From: Flectonema sp. DT1601
Taxonomy: Eukaryota
DNA: 64,000 nucleotides
Direction: 5' to 3'
Assembly (NCBI GenBank): GCA_964019425.1
Contig: OZ025781.1
Location: forward strand, 1,054,001 to 1,118,000
In this document: one piece after another, positions 36,385-47,060 of the stretch
How the letters are laid out: every line of letters begins with the position of its first letter
Numbering within the stretch: the stretch's first letter is position 1
The notes under the pieces: model-generated
Seen by the model: only the letters and a program-made list of their open reading frames with translations
Told to the model about the DNA's origin: nothing
Database searches by the model: none
Made by a program: the position numbers and the translations under genes

Positions 36385-37841
36385 CTAGAAGCACTTCTTG
36401 TGGACAATTCCAGGTCCGCTCTCGTCATACTCCTCCTTCTTCACCCACATCGAGGCGAAGGTCGAGAGAGATGAAAGGATAGATCCTCCAATCCAGACAG
36501 AGTACTTACGCTCTGGTGGAGCAACAACCTTGATCTTCATGCTGTTTGGAGCCAAGTTGGTGACTTCCTTCGACAGACGGTCAGCAAGTCCCTCGTACAT
36601 GGTGGTTCCTCCTGAGAGAACAATGTTGGCGTACAAGTCTTTTCTCACATCGATATCACACTTCATGATACTGTTGTAAACGGTCTCGTGGATACCGTTC
36701 GCTTCAAGACCGATGAAGGCTGGCTTGAACAGAGCCTCTGGGCATCTGAATCTCTCAGATCCGACGGTGATCACCTGACCGTCAGGAAGCTCGTAGTCCT
36801 TCTCAAGGGATGAGCTCGATGAGGCGAGTGACATCTCTTCGTCGAAGTCCTGTTTTGTTTTGTTTTGTTTTGTTTTGTTTTGTTTTGTTTTGTTTTGTTT
36901 TGTTTTGTTTTGTTTTGTTTTGTTTTGTTTTGTTTTGTTTTGTTTTGTTTTGTTTTGTTTTGTTTTGTTTCAGGTATTTTCGTTTATCATATCATCGGAT
37001 ACTTCTATTCACAACTATCCTTTCTTTAAAAAGAAAGGTCACCAAACACAACAAAAGACATACCAAAGCAACGTAGGCGAGCTTCTCCTTGATGTCACGA
37101 ACGATCTCACGTTCAGCGGAGGTGACGAAGGAGTTACCACGCTCAGTCAAAAGCTTGATCATCCAGTCGGTCATGTCTCTTCCCTGTTTTGAGATTGTGT
37201 TGTTGTTGTTGTTCATCAAATCGAAATGGAAACATTATTTCCAATCGTGTCTACATTTTCAAAAGAAAACAACAATAAAAAAAAAAAAAAAAACATACGG
37301 CCATGTCAATACGAAGGACGGCGTGAGGAAGGGAGTATCCCTCGTAGATAGGGACAGTGTGAGTAACACCATCACCAGAGTCGAGAACGATACCAGTGGT
37401 ACGTCCACTCGAGTACAAAGAAAGCACAGCCTGGATACCAACGTACATGGCAGGACTGTTGAAGGTTTCGAACATAATCTGAGTCATCTTCTCCCTGTTG
37501 GCCTTTGGGTTCATTGGGGCCTCAGTCAACAACACTGGGTGGTCCTCTGGTCCAACACGAAGCTCGTTGTAGAAGGTGTGATGCCAGATCTTCTCCATGT
37601 CATCCCAGTTGGTGATGATACCGTGCTCAATTGGGTACTTGATCAACAAGATACCTCTCTTTGACTGAGCGTCATCTCCAATGTACGCCTCCTTCTTGGC
37701 AGTTCCCATCATAGCGGCAGCGGTCTTTGGGCGACCGACGATCGATGGGAAGACGGATCTTGGTGCATCGTCACCAGCGAATCCGGCCTTCACCATTCCG
37801 GATCCGTTGTCACATACGATTGCCTGCTGGTCATCATCCAT
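36385..37841 (-). CDS. ACT: Actin, copy C; exons 37841-37299, 37183-37064, 36849-36385 (375 aa)
   Basis: Same protein and intron positions as copies A and B. Confidence 0.98.
36851..36970. repeat. (TGTTT)24 microsatellite, read as (AAACA)n on the transcript, directly abutting the intron-2 acceptor of actin C
   Basis: Perfect 120-nt pentamer run. Copies A and B have only about 2-3 units at the same place. Confidence 0.97.
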
Positions 37842-40774
37842 TTTATTAGAGCGAGGGGGGTTTTACTGATAACCTGCAACAAGATAGTTATTAAAATAAA
37901 GTAAACTAATACTAACTAAAAAGCAGAAGACGAATCAGCGTTCGAGTTAGACGTCATTGAAGAATAGCAGCTGGTTTTGTACCACCTGACTTGTTGCGTT
38001 ATTGGGTTACAAAGAAGACTGCCAGGCAGACATCTGCTGGAAATAAGCAGTAATTTTAATTTCCTTTTGAAATTTTTTTTTATCGTAACACCAGCGATAT
38101 GCATAGTAGCCCTCTAAGGGTCCGCTTATCTCACAGAAAAAACAAGACCTCCCTAAATCAAACTACTTATGGAGTATTATACACGTCGTAGTTCAAGAGA
38201 CTAGTGGTCAGGATGCCTTTTCAGTGAAACACAGACCCTTGCTGCTGTCTCCTTAGCAGAGACGTCTCACGAGTGTAGAAAAGGTAAAACAAACCACACA
38301 AAAGGGGAATCCAACGATTTGCTGAATTTCAAAACACAATAAAATAAAACGAAACTCACAGATGCGAGTTTCGGGCACCAAAGTAACATAAAGACCTGAA
38401 GTATTTATGTCTTTTTTTTTTTTCTTTTTTTTGTTTGCATATTTATTCATAAAAAAGCGATACCATAAACAATATTGCATTCAGAGGAACGTGACACGTG
38501 GCTATCCACGTCGTGCACTACCCAGAATATTATATGATACACAAGGAGTCTTTTTTGATGAGTTGATTGTGGAAAAAAAAAAAAATGAATTCCAACTATA
38601 CAAATAAAAATGAAACATAACGACAGCTACTATCTTGTTAAGCAATCATCATTTCTCTAAGTTAACATTGTCTTGTTCGCATTGATACACAATCACTAAC
38701 GTAATGCAATTCACACGCACGACTAATAACTTTTTTCACTTGTTGAAAACAGTAAGACAAAAACAACTTTAAAAAAAAATATGAAGTCGTCGCAATACCA
38801 CTATCGAAAAGTAGCAAAAAAAAAATAAAGGGCTTGGGATGATATTTTTTTTTTTTTTTTATATCAACTAAGACAAAAAGATAATCGGCATTGCCTTTAC
38901 TAGTATAAATATAATGATGTCAGAAGTATCTGACAAAAAAAAAGAACGGGGGGAAAGAACATCGCTAAAAAAAAAAAAAAGGTGGTTGGTTAAAGAACAA
39001 GAATATAATGGGAAAATCACTAGCGAAAATCTAAACACACTCAATAAAAAAATAACACAGCTCACCCTCGGTCTTGTTTGAGCACAAGCATGCGTGTCAC
39101 TTGTCTTATCGATCTTCTAAATCTCAAGTGTCTGATAACCTTCTTATGCCACTCACGATGACTTGAATATAGAACTGTTTAAATTCAATAAAACAAGATG
39201 ACAATGTAAAAAACAGAACGCAAAAAAAAAGAATATTATCGGAAAAGCAACCATCTGTCTCTATAATTCTCAAGGCTCTCCAGACCGAGAGTACGCTGAT
39301 GACTACAACCAACACATCCAAAACAAGAAAATGGTATATTCGAATGAATTACCTTAAAAAAATGAAGTCACCCGAATGTACATCGATCAAAGGAAGGAGA
39401 GGTGAAATTATAAGTTGATAAACGTCACAAATTATAACTAAAAAAAAAAAAAAAAAATTATACTTTTTAAAAACAGAGAACACCGACACAACGATGGGTA
39501 TTTTCTATTATTAATATAGCGAAGGAGGTACAAGAAAGTCTAGAGAGGAAGAACTTTCAAAAAAAAAAGGGGGGAAAAGACTGAAGTATACGTAAGCAAA
39601 GGCAAAGAATACCTGTCGTGAATAAGCAGCAGAACCATGCAGGTGCTGACCGCGAGTGAGACACTCATAACCACACCACTAGCAAATCTTCTACAGCGCC
39701 AAGCGACATGCGGATCTTTTGGTTGAAAGAATGGCGCAAAAAATGCTAGTAAAGGAGTATGACTAATGGTGGAATGAGTTTTTGTTTTGCCCATCTCAGG
39801 GTTAAAAGTAAGGAGAGTCTAGCACGTGTTAGCGCTGTTTTTCATCCCGACAACAACTTGTTTGGACCTTGGGGGGACAAAAAGAGAAAAAACGGAGAGA
39901 ACCACACCCACAATCCAAAACTGTCAATCAGTGGATCTTTAGGATGCGTTCAGTAAGGCAAGAAAAACAAGAAAATAATGATAAATAGAATCGACTAGTG
40001 TGAGAGGAAAGATAAAAACTTAATTTCGATAAGAGCTTTATAGCATGTTTCGCAGTACCACCTTGTAGTTCTGCAGTTGCCTTCCTAAGCTACAGTCACA
40101 TACTAAAAGTAAATTATTTGATTCTCCAAAGAGCCAAATCGTTTACACTATCGTAACGATTCTCTTTTACTTTGAAGAACTTTTTTTTTTACACACAAGA
40201 AACAAACCAAACCTCCGTTAGGAAGCTTGAATAACATAAAAACCAATTTCTAACTAACTCGCCTAGACCGAAGAACTCTAGAACTCTAAAAAGGGACCTG
40301 CTAACAATATTAATAATTATGACTCGTATCGTCGTCACTGATACTCGACGTATACGGTTGCTCCATACATAAAAAGTGGCGTTGGAAAAGTAGTTACTTG
40401 GTCCCCAAGGCGCAGTCAATAAAAAAAAGAAGGCTATTTTCTTCCTTACACTCAACAACACAATATCCAGCACATTTGGAGGAAGACACTGCCGGGAAGG
40501 GCAGAGCAACCGCAGGCTGGGAACTAAAAAGAGAAGTAACTGATTATAGAGAGGAGATCACTGAGCGACTTTACAGCAAGTACGAGATGGATCTATACAG
40601 TGATGCCAATGGGGAATAGGGGAGGTAATTATTACTACAACTAAACAGTCTTTATACTTGCCCTTCTCAATTGTTCAAAAGATAACATTATCCGGAATGC
40701 GGCGCAGTGAAGGAATAGGACTCGCAAAGCCGTAAGATTCTTGAAAGAATTTCATTTTCATGTGAGTTTGCAAC

Positions 40775-43700
40775 CTACACATTCACATTTGTTTCCTGTG
40801 GATTTGGAGGTGCAGCGAAGTTTTCATCAGACATGATTTCCATCATGTCTTGCAAAGATACGGCTTCAGACTTCTTCTTCCTAAACACAAAAGCAGCAAT
40901 CAGTCCTCCGCATACCAGAACTATAGCTAAAGCAATGAGTACCCAAAGCCACCAATTACTACTCGAGTCGTCATTACTATCTCCAGCTGATCCCTTTGGA
41001 GGTGCATATGTCATCCCATCCGGAAGTGCTGTTGGAACTATAGTTTCCCCATCTGGAAGTTGTGTAGGCACCGCCGTTGGTACAACACTATCACCAGCAC
41101 CTAACGGACTCTTAGTTTCTGGTGATAATGATTTTCCAGGTGGTGCGGTTGGGATCGCAGTTGGAATCGCTGTTGGGGGTGCATTAGTTTCCGGTGCTAA
41201 GGATTTCCCAGGCGGTGCAGTTGGGATGGCAGTTGGAACAGCTGTCGGGACGGCGGTCGGTACCGATGTAGGAGGAATTGGTGCGAGTGACTGTCCAGGT
41301 GGTGCAGTTGGTACAGCGGTTGGAATGGCCGTTGGTACGGCGGTTGGCACAGCAGTAGAGCCTGCGGTAGGGACAGCAGTTGGAGGAATAGGTACCAAAG
41401 TCTGACCAGGAGGCGCTGTAGGAATAGCAGTCGGTACAGCAGTCGGTACAGCTGTGGGCACGGCTGTAGGAATAGCAGTTGGCACAGCAGTAGGGACGGC
41501 AGTTGGAGGAATTGGCACCAAAGTCTGACCAGGAGGCGCTGTAGGAATAGCAGTTGGCACAGCAGTCGGTACAGCTGTGGGAACGTCTGTTGGTAAAGCG
41601 GTAGGAATAGCAGTCGGAACTGCGGTGGGGATAGCAGTTGGCACAGCAGTAGGGACGGCAGTTGGAGGAATTGGTACCAAAGTCATACCAGGAGGTGCTG
41701 TAGGAACAGCAGTTGGTATGGCAGTCGGCACTGCAGTAGGCGCCATGGTAGGAATTGCGGTTGGCATTGCTGTAGGAACTGCCGTTGGTACTGCGGTAGG
41801 CACAGCGGTAGGAATCGCTGTTGGTACAGCTGTTGGAACCACAGTCGGTGGGACTGGGACTAACGTCTGCCCAGGAGGGGCTGTCGGCACAGCAGTTGGA
41901 ATAGCAGTGGGCACTGCGGTAGGAACCGCAGTTGGTACTGTCGTTGGGACTGCCGTTGGTACCGCAGTAGGCACGGCAGTAGGCACGGCAGTAGGCACGG
42001 CAGTTGGAATTGCAGTAGGAACAGCAGTAGGTGACGATGTCGGAATTGCAGTCGGGGCTAGAGTCAGTCCACAGACTGGAGGATCAACTGCACAAGGACG
42101 ACACGCAGGTTGTGATGCACTGTTATCAACAAATGGAATATTTAAACTCTCACAAATCAACTGAGCTGGGTGCTTAGTAGGTCCTGGGTTAGCAGATGGT
42201 ACGGCAGACATCCAGTCGATAAAGGTGTATGCGTACCCTCCATTGTCATCTTTTCCACCCCAAACTATCTGCAGTCCATCTTTTACTTCAATTGTTACGG
42301 TACTTTGTATCTGTGCGATTCCAACGTTCTTAGAAGAGTAGTTGTCTATTGCCTTCACTCCATTTACTACGACATTATACTTGTCGTTGTATAACTTAGC
42401 AGGAACACCTACAGCAACAGTGACATCATAAGTTCCAGGGTTAAGAGGGTACTTAAAAACATTGTCTCTACCATAGTCATCATACAAGTAAGAGTTCCAC
42501 AGATCATCAAATCCACCCGAGCGATAAGCAGATTTGATGATAGCGCTGTTGCCGATGTTTTGTCCTTCCCAACCAATACCAGTATTCGCATCAAATGCAT
42601 TCCAACCCATTTTTATCCATGTGGTTCCATTAACTACAAGTGGGTCAGCTGTTGGATCTCCTGTTGGGTTTTGGAAGTTTATGTACAAAGGTGCTGGTGG
42701 TGGTGCTGGTGGTAATGTCATTTCAGGAGGTGATGGTATACTACCTTCGAGGTATAATCCAAGTTGGTGTCTCATTGACATGAATGCATCATCTTCAGTC
42801 GTCCAGCTGGTTAAACTTTTTGCCACAGAGTAAGATGGTGTGTCCGCGCCTGTTAAAGTACATGGCTTTGGATGTTTTTTTCCATTCGCTAACCACAAGT
42901 ACTCATAGTCTTCCCATGCTTCTCTGAACAGTTCAAGACGTACGGTGGGGTTTTGATTATTAAACCAAGTGTTTGCTTTATAATACCAGTATCCCTTTGT
43001 ACGAATTGACCAAGACAGAAACCCCCAAATCCTGGTATGCATTCCCTGGTTAGTAGTCTTTGTAGGGTTAGGGTATGGATCTGTGTCTTGAGGAAGACTG
43101 TACAACCAAACCTCTTCATCTGGAAGTCCCTGCTCAAGACGTTTCCAAGCATATGTCTGATTGTATTCCCTTAGTGCTGAAGCCCAAATATCGTATGCAC
43201 ATTGTTCTGCAATCTCCGGTTTTGGTTCTTCACTGACACAGATTCGCAGTTTTGGTGCCACACTACGAGCCAAGTTACAAAGAAAGACTGCTGTCTCGTC
43301 ATCAGCTGCGTCTTGTGGTTCGTTCATTGTGTAGTAAAATACTTTTTTCTCATAACCGTTGTCAACAACGTATTTACCAAACTCTCTGATGTAATTCTCC
43401 CACTGAGTGTTGTAGGCTGCTGTACCCTTCGGATCAGGACCAACACTAGCACCACAAAAGCTAGTTGGACGAGGGGTGTTGTTATTAACAAATTGGACTC
43501 CCATGTGAACTGGAAAACCAGCACAATTCCAACCTTCACCTTTGATGAATTTTGGAGCCAAGTGGTGTAAGCTGTATGGAGGTTGTTCATTCGGTTCATC
43601 AGTGAATTTACTACACTGGTCAGGATTGCTTGTAGTATCCCAAGCTACTTGGTAATTGAATCCACTAGGCCATGTTGCTCCACCTTTTGGAGTCATTCGA

Positions 43701-44350
43701 TGCTCAAATAAGAAATCTTTTACTTCGTCTGGTCGAGAACCTCCATTTGATAAAACATCATTAAACCCTATAGTCATATGATTAACGTAGTTAATATCGG
43801 CTGATATCTGAAAGTTGAAAAAATACATCTCAACAGGAATGGTTGGGATCGTTCCTGATGGTGGTGTTAGTTTTAAAGTTCCCATTTGCGTTCCTGTTGA
43901 TGTCACATCATGTGCAACGTAAACAGTAATCCATAACACAGTATGTTTATCACTGCCAGTTAACGTTATTGAACCAGTGATGGTTCCTGTGGTTGCGCTT
44001 GCTGAAATTGGAGTTAATTTATCTAACAATCCATCTGTGTAGCCTCCAGTGTGAAATGAAACTTTTGTTACGTCAGGAACACTAAATTCAAATTGACAAG
44101 CTCCTCCAGTTTTACTTTTAATTATAACTTGAATTGGTTCGAATTCGTTACGAGCAGCACTTAGAAATAGATTTGTCTTTGATGAAGAAGGAACAACATG
44201 ATCATCAGTAATCTTATGAGACACGGCTGTTGTCCAAACAGTGTTTGATGCGTCTGAGTGAACTGTGTAGCTGTAATCACCAAAACTAGCCGTGTGACCC
44301 AACCCCGTTGCGAACAACCAAAAAACTGCAATCGTTTGCAGTAGTTTCAT
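40775..44350 (-). CDS. Type I membrane glycoside-hydrolase-like protein (DUF4091/GH123-like domain, beta-rich domain, PTAV stalk, TM anchor), 1191 aa
   Basis: Signal peptide; LSAARNEFEPIQVII, FYYTMNEPQD and PTVRLELFREAWEDYEYLWL (DUF4091-like). Long PTA(V/I) repeat, then TM WWLWVLIALAIVLVCGGLIAAFVF followed by RKKK. Intronless. Confidence 0.8.
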   Translation of the reverse strand: MKLLQTIAVFWLFATGLGHTASFGDYSYTVHSDASNTVWTTAVSHKITDDHVVPSSSKTNLFLSAARNEFEPIQVIIKSKTGGACQFEFSVPDVTKVSFHTGGYTDGLLDKLTPISASATTGTITGSITLTGSDKHTVLWITVYVAHDVTSTGTQMGTLKLTPPSGTIPTIPVEMYFFNFQISADINYVNHMTIGFNDVLSNGGSRPDEVKDFLFEHRMTPKGGATWPSGFNYQVAWDTTSNPDQCSKFTDEPNEQPPYSLHHLAPKFIKGEGWNCAGFPVHMGVQFVNNNTPRPTSFCGASVGPDPKGTAAYNTQWENYIREFGKYVVDNGYEKKVFYYTMNEPQDAADDETAVFLCNLARSVAPKLRICVSEEPKPEIAEQCAYDIWASALREYNQTYAWKRLEQGLPDEEVWLYSLPQDTDPYPNPTKTTNQGMHTRIWGFLSWSIRTKGYWYYKANTWFNNQNPTVRLELFREAWEDYEYLWLANGKKHPKPCTLTGADTPSYSVAKSLTSWTTEDDAFMSMRHQLGLYLEGSIPSPPEMTLPPAPPPAPLYINFQNPTGDPTADPLVVNGTTWIKMGWNAFDANTGIGWEGQNIGNSAIIKSAYRSGGFDDLWNSYLYDDYGRDNVFKYPLNPGTYDVTVAVGVPAKLYNDKYNVVVNGVKAIDNYSSKNVGIAQIQSTVTIEVKDGLQIVWGGKDDNGGYAYTFIDWMSAVPSANPGPTKHPAQLICESLNIPFVDNSASQPACRPCAVDPPVCGLTLAPTAIPTSSPTAVPTAIPTAVPTAVPTAVPTAVPTAVPTTVPTAVPTAVPTAIPTAVPTAPPGQTLVPVPPTVVPTAVPTAIPTAVPTAVPTAVPTAMPTAIPTMAPTAVPTAIPTAVPTAPPGMTLVPIPPTAVPTAVPTAIPTAVPTAIPTALPTDVPTAVPTAVPTAIPTAPPGQTLVPIPPTAVPTAVPTAIPTAVPTAVPTAVPTAIPTAPPGQTLVPIPPTAVPTAGSTAVPTAVPTAIPTAVPTAPPGQSLAPIPPTSVPTAVPTAVPTAIPTAPPGKSLAPETNAPPTAIPTAIPTAPPGKSLSPETKSPLGAGDSVVPTAVPTQLPDGETIVPTALPDGMTYAPPKGSAGDSNDDSSSNWWLWVLIALAIVLVCGGLIAAFVFRKKKSEAVSLQDMMEIMSDENFAAPPNPQETNVNV
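41030..42060 (-). repeat. Coding PTA(V/I) tetrapeptide repeat with higher-order PTAPPG(Q/M/K)(T/S)L(V/A)P spacers
   Basis: Visible in translation. The 12-nt units differ at synonymous positions. Confidence 0.92.
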
Positions 44351-44902
44351 AGTATTTGAAGTACCTGTTCGAATAGTTAATCATTCATTAGAATTACTTG
44401 ACTTTTATTTTATTACTTTTTTTTTCAAAAAAAAAGTAAATTTAGGCAAAAAAAACTGCAGCTTTTTTTTTTTTTTTTTTTTTTTCAAATATTTATTTTT
44501 TGTTTGAAAACGTATTTTTTTCTGAATTCAAAGAAGAGAAATACGACTCGTAAAACAAAATAAAGGCACCAACAAAAAAAAAAAAAAAAAAAAGCCAAAC
44601 CACACAAACCCGTGCCGAGAGCGGCATGCATAATCGTGAACAGGAGTGTGGATAAAGTCAGTTGAGTTTCCCTTGTTTGGAAGCCATCGTAAACAAACGA
44701 ATGGACAATCTATCTACGAGCAATACGTCAGCACAGTCAGTACATAAGTGTTTGGCTATAATAGCGGGAGAGATCACGAACAAATAAAGTAATAAGTAAA
44801 AAAACAAAAAAAAAGGCGTTAACATTAATCACAGAAAGAAAAAAAAGAGGATATTTATATTTATTTTTTTTTTTTTTTTCCCCCTTCAACGTTTGACACG
44901 AA

Positions 44903-44936
<34 letters not shown>

Positions 44937-45432
44937 ATTCGCAGTCTTTTTTCTTCAGAAGATAGAATCACCTTCAAATATAAGAACTGCAGTTGATTTT
45001 GGATGCTAATATTAAGACGAAATGAAAACAAGCGGAAATAGCTCTTTCTCAACTCTGGAGAGATTCACAGTCACTCACAGAAGAGATGAACAACACTCAC
45101 ACCTGCCAATATTTAACGAACACAGCTAGAATAAAAATAAAACAACATGAAATACACATATTCCAAGGGGGGGTCTTGCACGCGATTCCGTTTATATTAA
45201 GCTAAAAAAGCCCTATGCACATCAGCACGCGTCAATTGCAGACAACAAGAAGAAGACGTAAAAAGAATGTAATCTGTATAATGAGATTTACTTTTCGTGT
45301 AATTCTTTTTTGCGATCGGTTGAGAAGATGTGGATTATCAAAAAAGAGAGCAGAGAAAGAATTTAACGTTTGAAATTTTCCCCAACATGTGCCAAGGTGC
45401 TAGGATTGTATAATAAAAAGAAGCTTTATTGA

Positions 45433-46809
45433 TTAACAATTTTGACGATCTTGCCAATCAAATGCCTGAACACTTGAGATTGTCGGGTTTGAATCGAATG
45501 AAGTAACGGAGAGAGTTAGAATATCTCCATTCATAAAAGGAGATGATTTTACGATGTTTACAAATCTCTTTCTACCCAAACTAATTGAAGTTGTGAGTAC
45601 TTCTGATCCTTGACGTAAAGTCCAATCATTTATCTTCTGTCCATCAGTAACATTTTCCATTATCACAAAAGTAACATTCTTTGATCCAGATGCCGGCAAC
45701 TTCGATATCGCTGATGCCGAGAATGTAAAGGTTGTGTTGCTTCCCTGTTGAGCTGCTGTTGGAGTGAATTTATCACCAGCTGGGGTTTCAAAGATACACT
45801 TGATGGCATCTCCTAACTTCTTGTACGCAATAACATCTGACTCAGGGATAGCTCCAGTAGAATCTGGTGCGACGTTAAGAATTAAATTCGAAGAACGACC
45901 AACAGAAGTGATGTAGTTTGAAAGCAATTCAGAGTGTGGTTTCGTGTATTGCTCAGTGTTATTCCACCAGAACCAATAGTGCTCACGTAGAACAGTGTCA
46001 GTTGAAGGAGGGAGGTAAGTGGAACAAGTCGGATCTCCAGTTGTGCTTCCTGTTGATGCAGCCCAGGAAGGTATTGGCATAACGCCCTCTTCGTTACCCA
46101 TCCAACGAGAACCAACATTCCTCTCAAACGGAATACAACTGTGACAAGTAGCCTTTGGTGCGTACTTCTCAACTACTCCTGCGATAGAAGGAGTTAAGTC
46201 AGACCTCACCCCTCCGTCAAACCAGATTTGGTCAACTTCTCCGTACTGAGTTAGTAACTCCTCCACCTGCTGACTGGCTATTTTATCGAATTGTTGTTGA
46301 GTGTAGTTCTTACCTCCTAATGGAGGCCAACCTACTTTAAATTCATTTACTCCAAGGTACCAGTTGTAGTGAGTAGAATAAAAGAATCCCAATTTAATAC
46401 CATACTTCTTGCATGATGCGGAAAGCTCAGCGATGACGTCGCGACCAAAGCTACCAGCAGGTAAACTGAAGCCATGAACAGAAGTGTTCCAGAGTGCGAA
46501 TCCAGTCATGTGATCAGCTACCATCACTATGTGTTTCGCACCAAATGACATAGCTACTTCAACCCATTTATCGGTGTTTAACTGCTCAGGTCTCCATTGT
46601 AATGCTGTCTCCACAGTTGGTACATTTCCCAACTTTTGACATTTCTGTGTCGACGCACCAGGATGGCTACTTGGTAGGCACATCGTCTGCAAATTCCATG
46701 TAAACATCGCCCCAATCTCCATGTCTGTAAACACTAATTGCTCTGCTGATGGCTTTGCCAGACCATTGGCAGCCGAGATGACTGCTAAAATAATAATTGC
46801 TGCTCGCAT
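45433..46809 (-). CDS. Secreted alpha-L-fucosidase-like glycoside hydrolase (GH29), 458 aa
   Basis: Signal peptide, PSAEQL, WVEVAMSFGAKHIVMVADHMTGFALW, GIKLGFFYS, ELLTQYGEVDQIWFDG (nucleophile Asp), RWMGNEEG and SVGRSSNLILNVAPD. Intronless. Confidence 0.92.
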   Translation of the reverse strand: MRAAIIILAVISAANGLAKPSAEQLVFTDMEIGAMFTWNLQTMCLPSSHPGASTQKCQKLGNVPTVETALQWRPEQLNTDKWVEVAMSFGAKHIVMVADHMTGFALWNTSVHGFSLPAGSFGRDVIAELSASCKKYGIKLGFFYSTHYNWYLGVNEFKVGWPPLGGKNYTQQQFDKIASQQVEELLTQYGEVDQIWFDGGVRSDLTPSIAGVVEKYAPKATCHSCIPFERNVGSRWMGNEEGVMPIPSWAASTGSTTGDPTCSTYLPPSTDTVLREHYWFWWNNTEQYTKPHSELLSNYITSVGRSSNLILNVAPDSTGAIPESDVIAYKKLGDAIKCIFETPAGDKFTPTAAQQGSNTTFTFSASAISKLPASGSKNVTFVIMENVTDGQKINDWTLRQGSEVLTTSISLGRKRFVNIVKSSPFMNGDILTLSVTSFDSNPTISSVQAFDWQDRQNC

Positions 46810-47060
46810 TGTTTTGCTGCTTACTGAAAGGGAAAATTAATTTGTCACTTCACTTTTATTTAATTTACTTGCCGCGACTGTATTATAATTCTGCAGAAAA
46901 GAGAATTCAGAATATTTTTTGTATAAAAAAAAAGAGAACAACAAAAACTGCTCAGAGACAAAACGAATCGAAGGAAGGGACTGGGAACGAACGGTAAGTT
47001 AAAAGGCACAGTAAAGCGATAATGTTTTTGTTTAAGTTAGGAAGTGTAGTATAAACATTA

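Noticed and set aside
36810..37192. Plus-strand ORFs with (FCFVL)n
   Set aside because: They are translations of the TGTTT microsatellite.
30858..37869. Repeated plus-strand ORFs over the actin genes
   Set aside because: They are antisense to highly biased actin codons and recur only because actin is triplicated.
40398..40619. 73-aa plus-strand ORF downstream of the glycosidase
   Set aside because: Antisense to the cluster, non-ATG start and no recognisable motif.
41030..42060. Repeat array considered as CRISPR-like
   Set aside because: It is an in-frame coding repeat with synonymous variation, no unique spacers and a eukaryotic context.
40833..42164. Plus-strand ORFs rich in GTAVG
   Set aside because: They are antisense shadows of the PTAV repeat in the minus-strand glycosidase.
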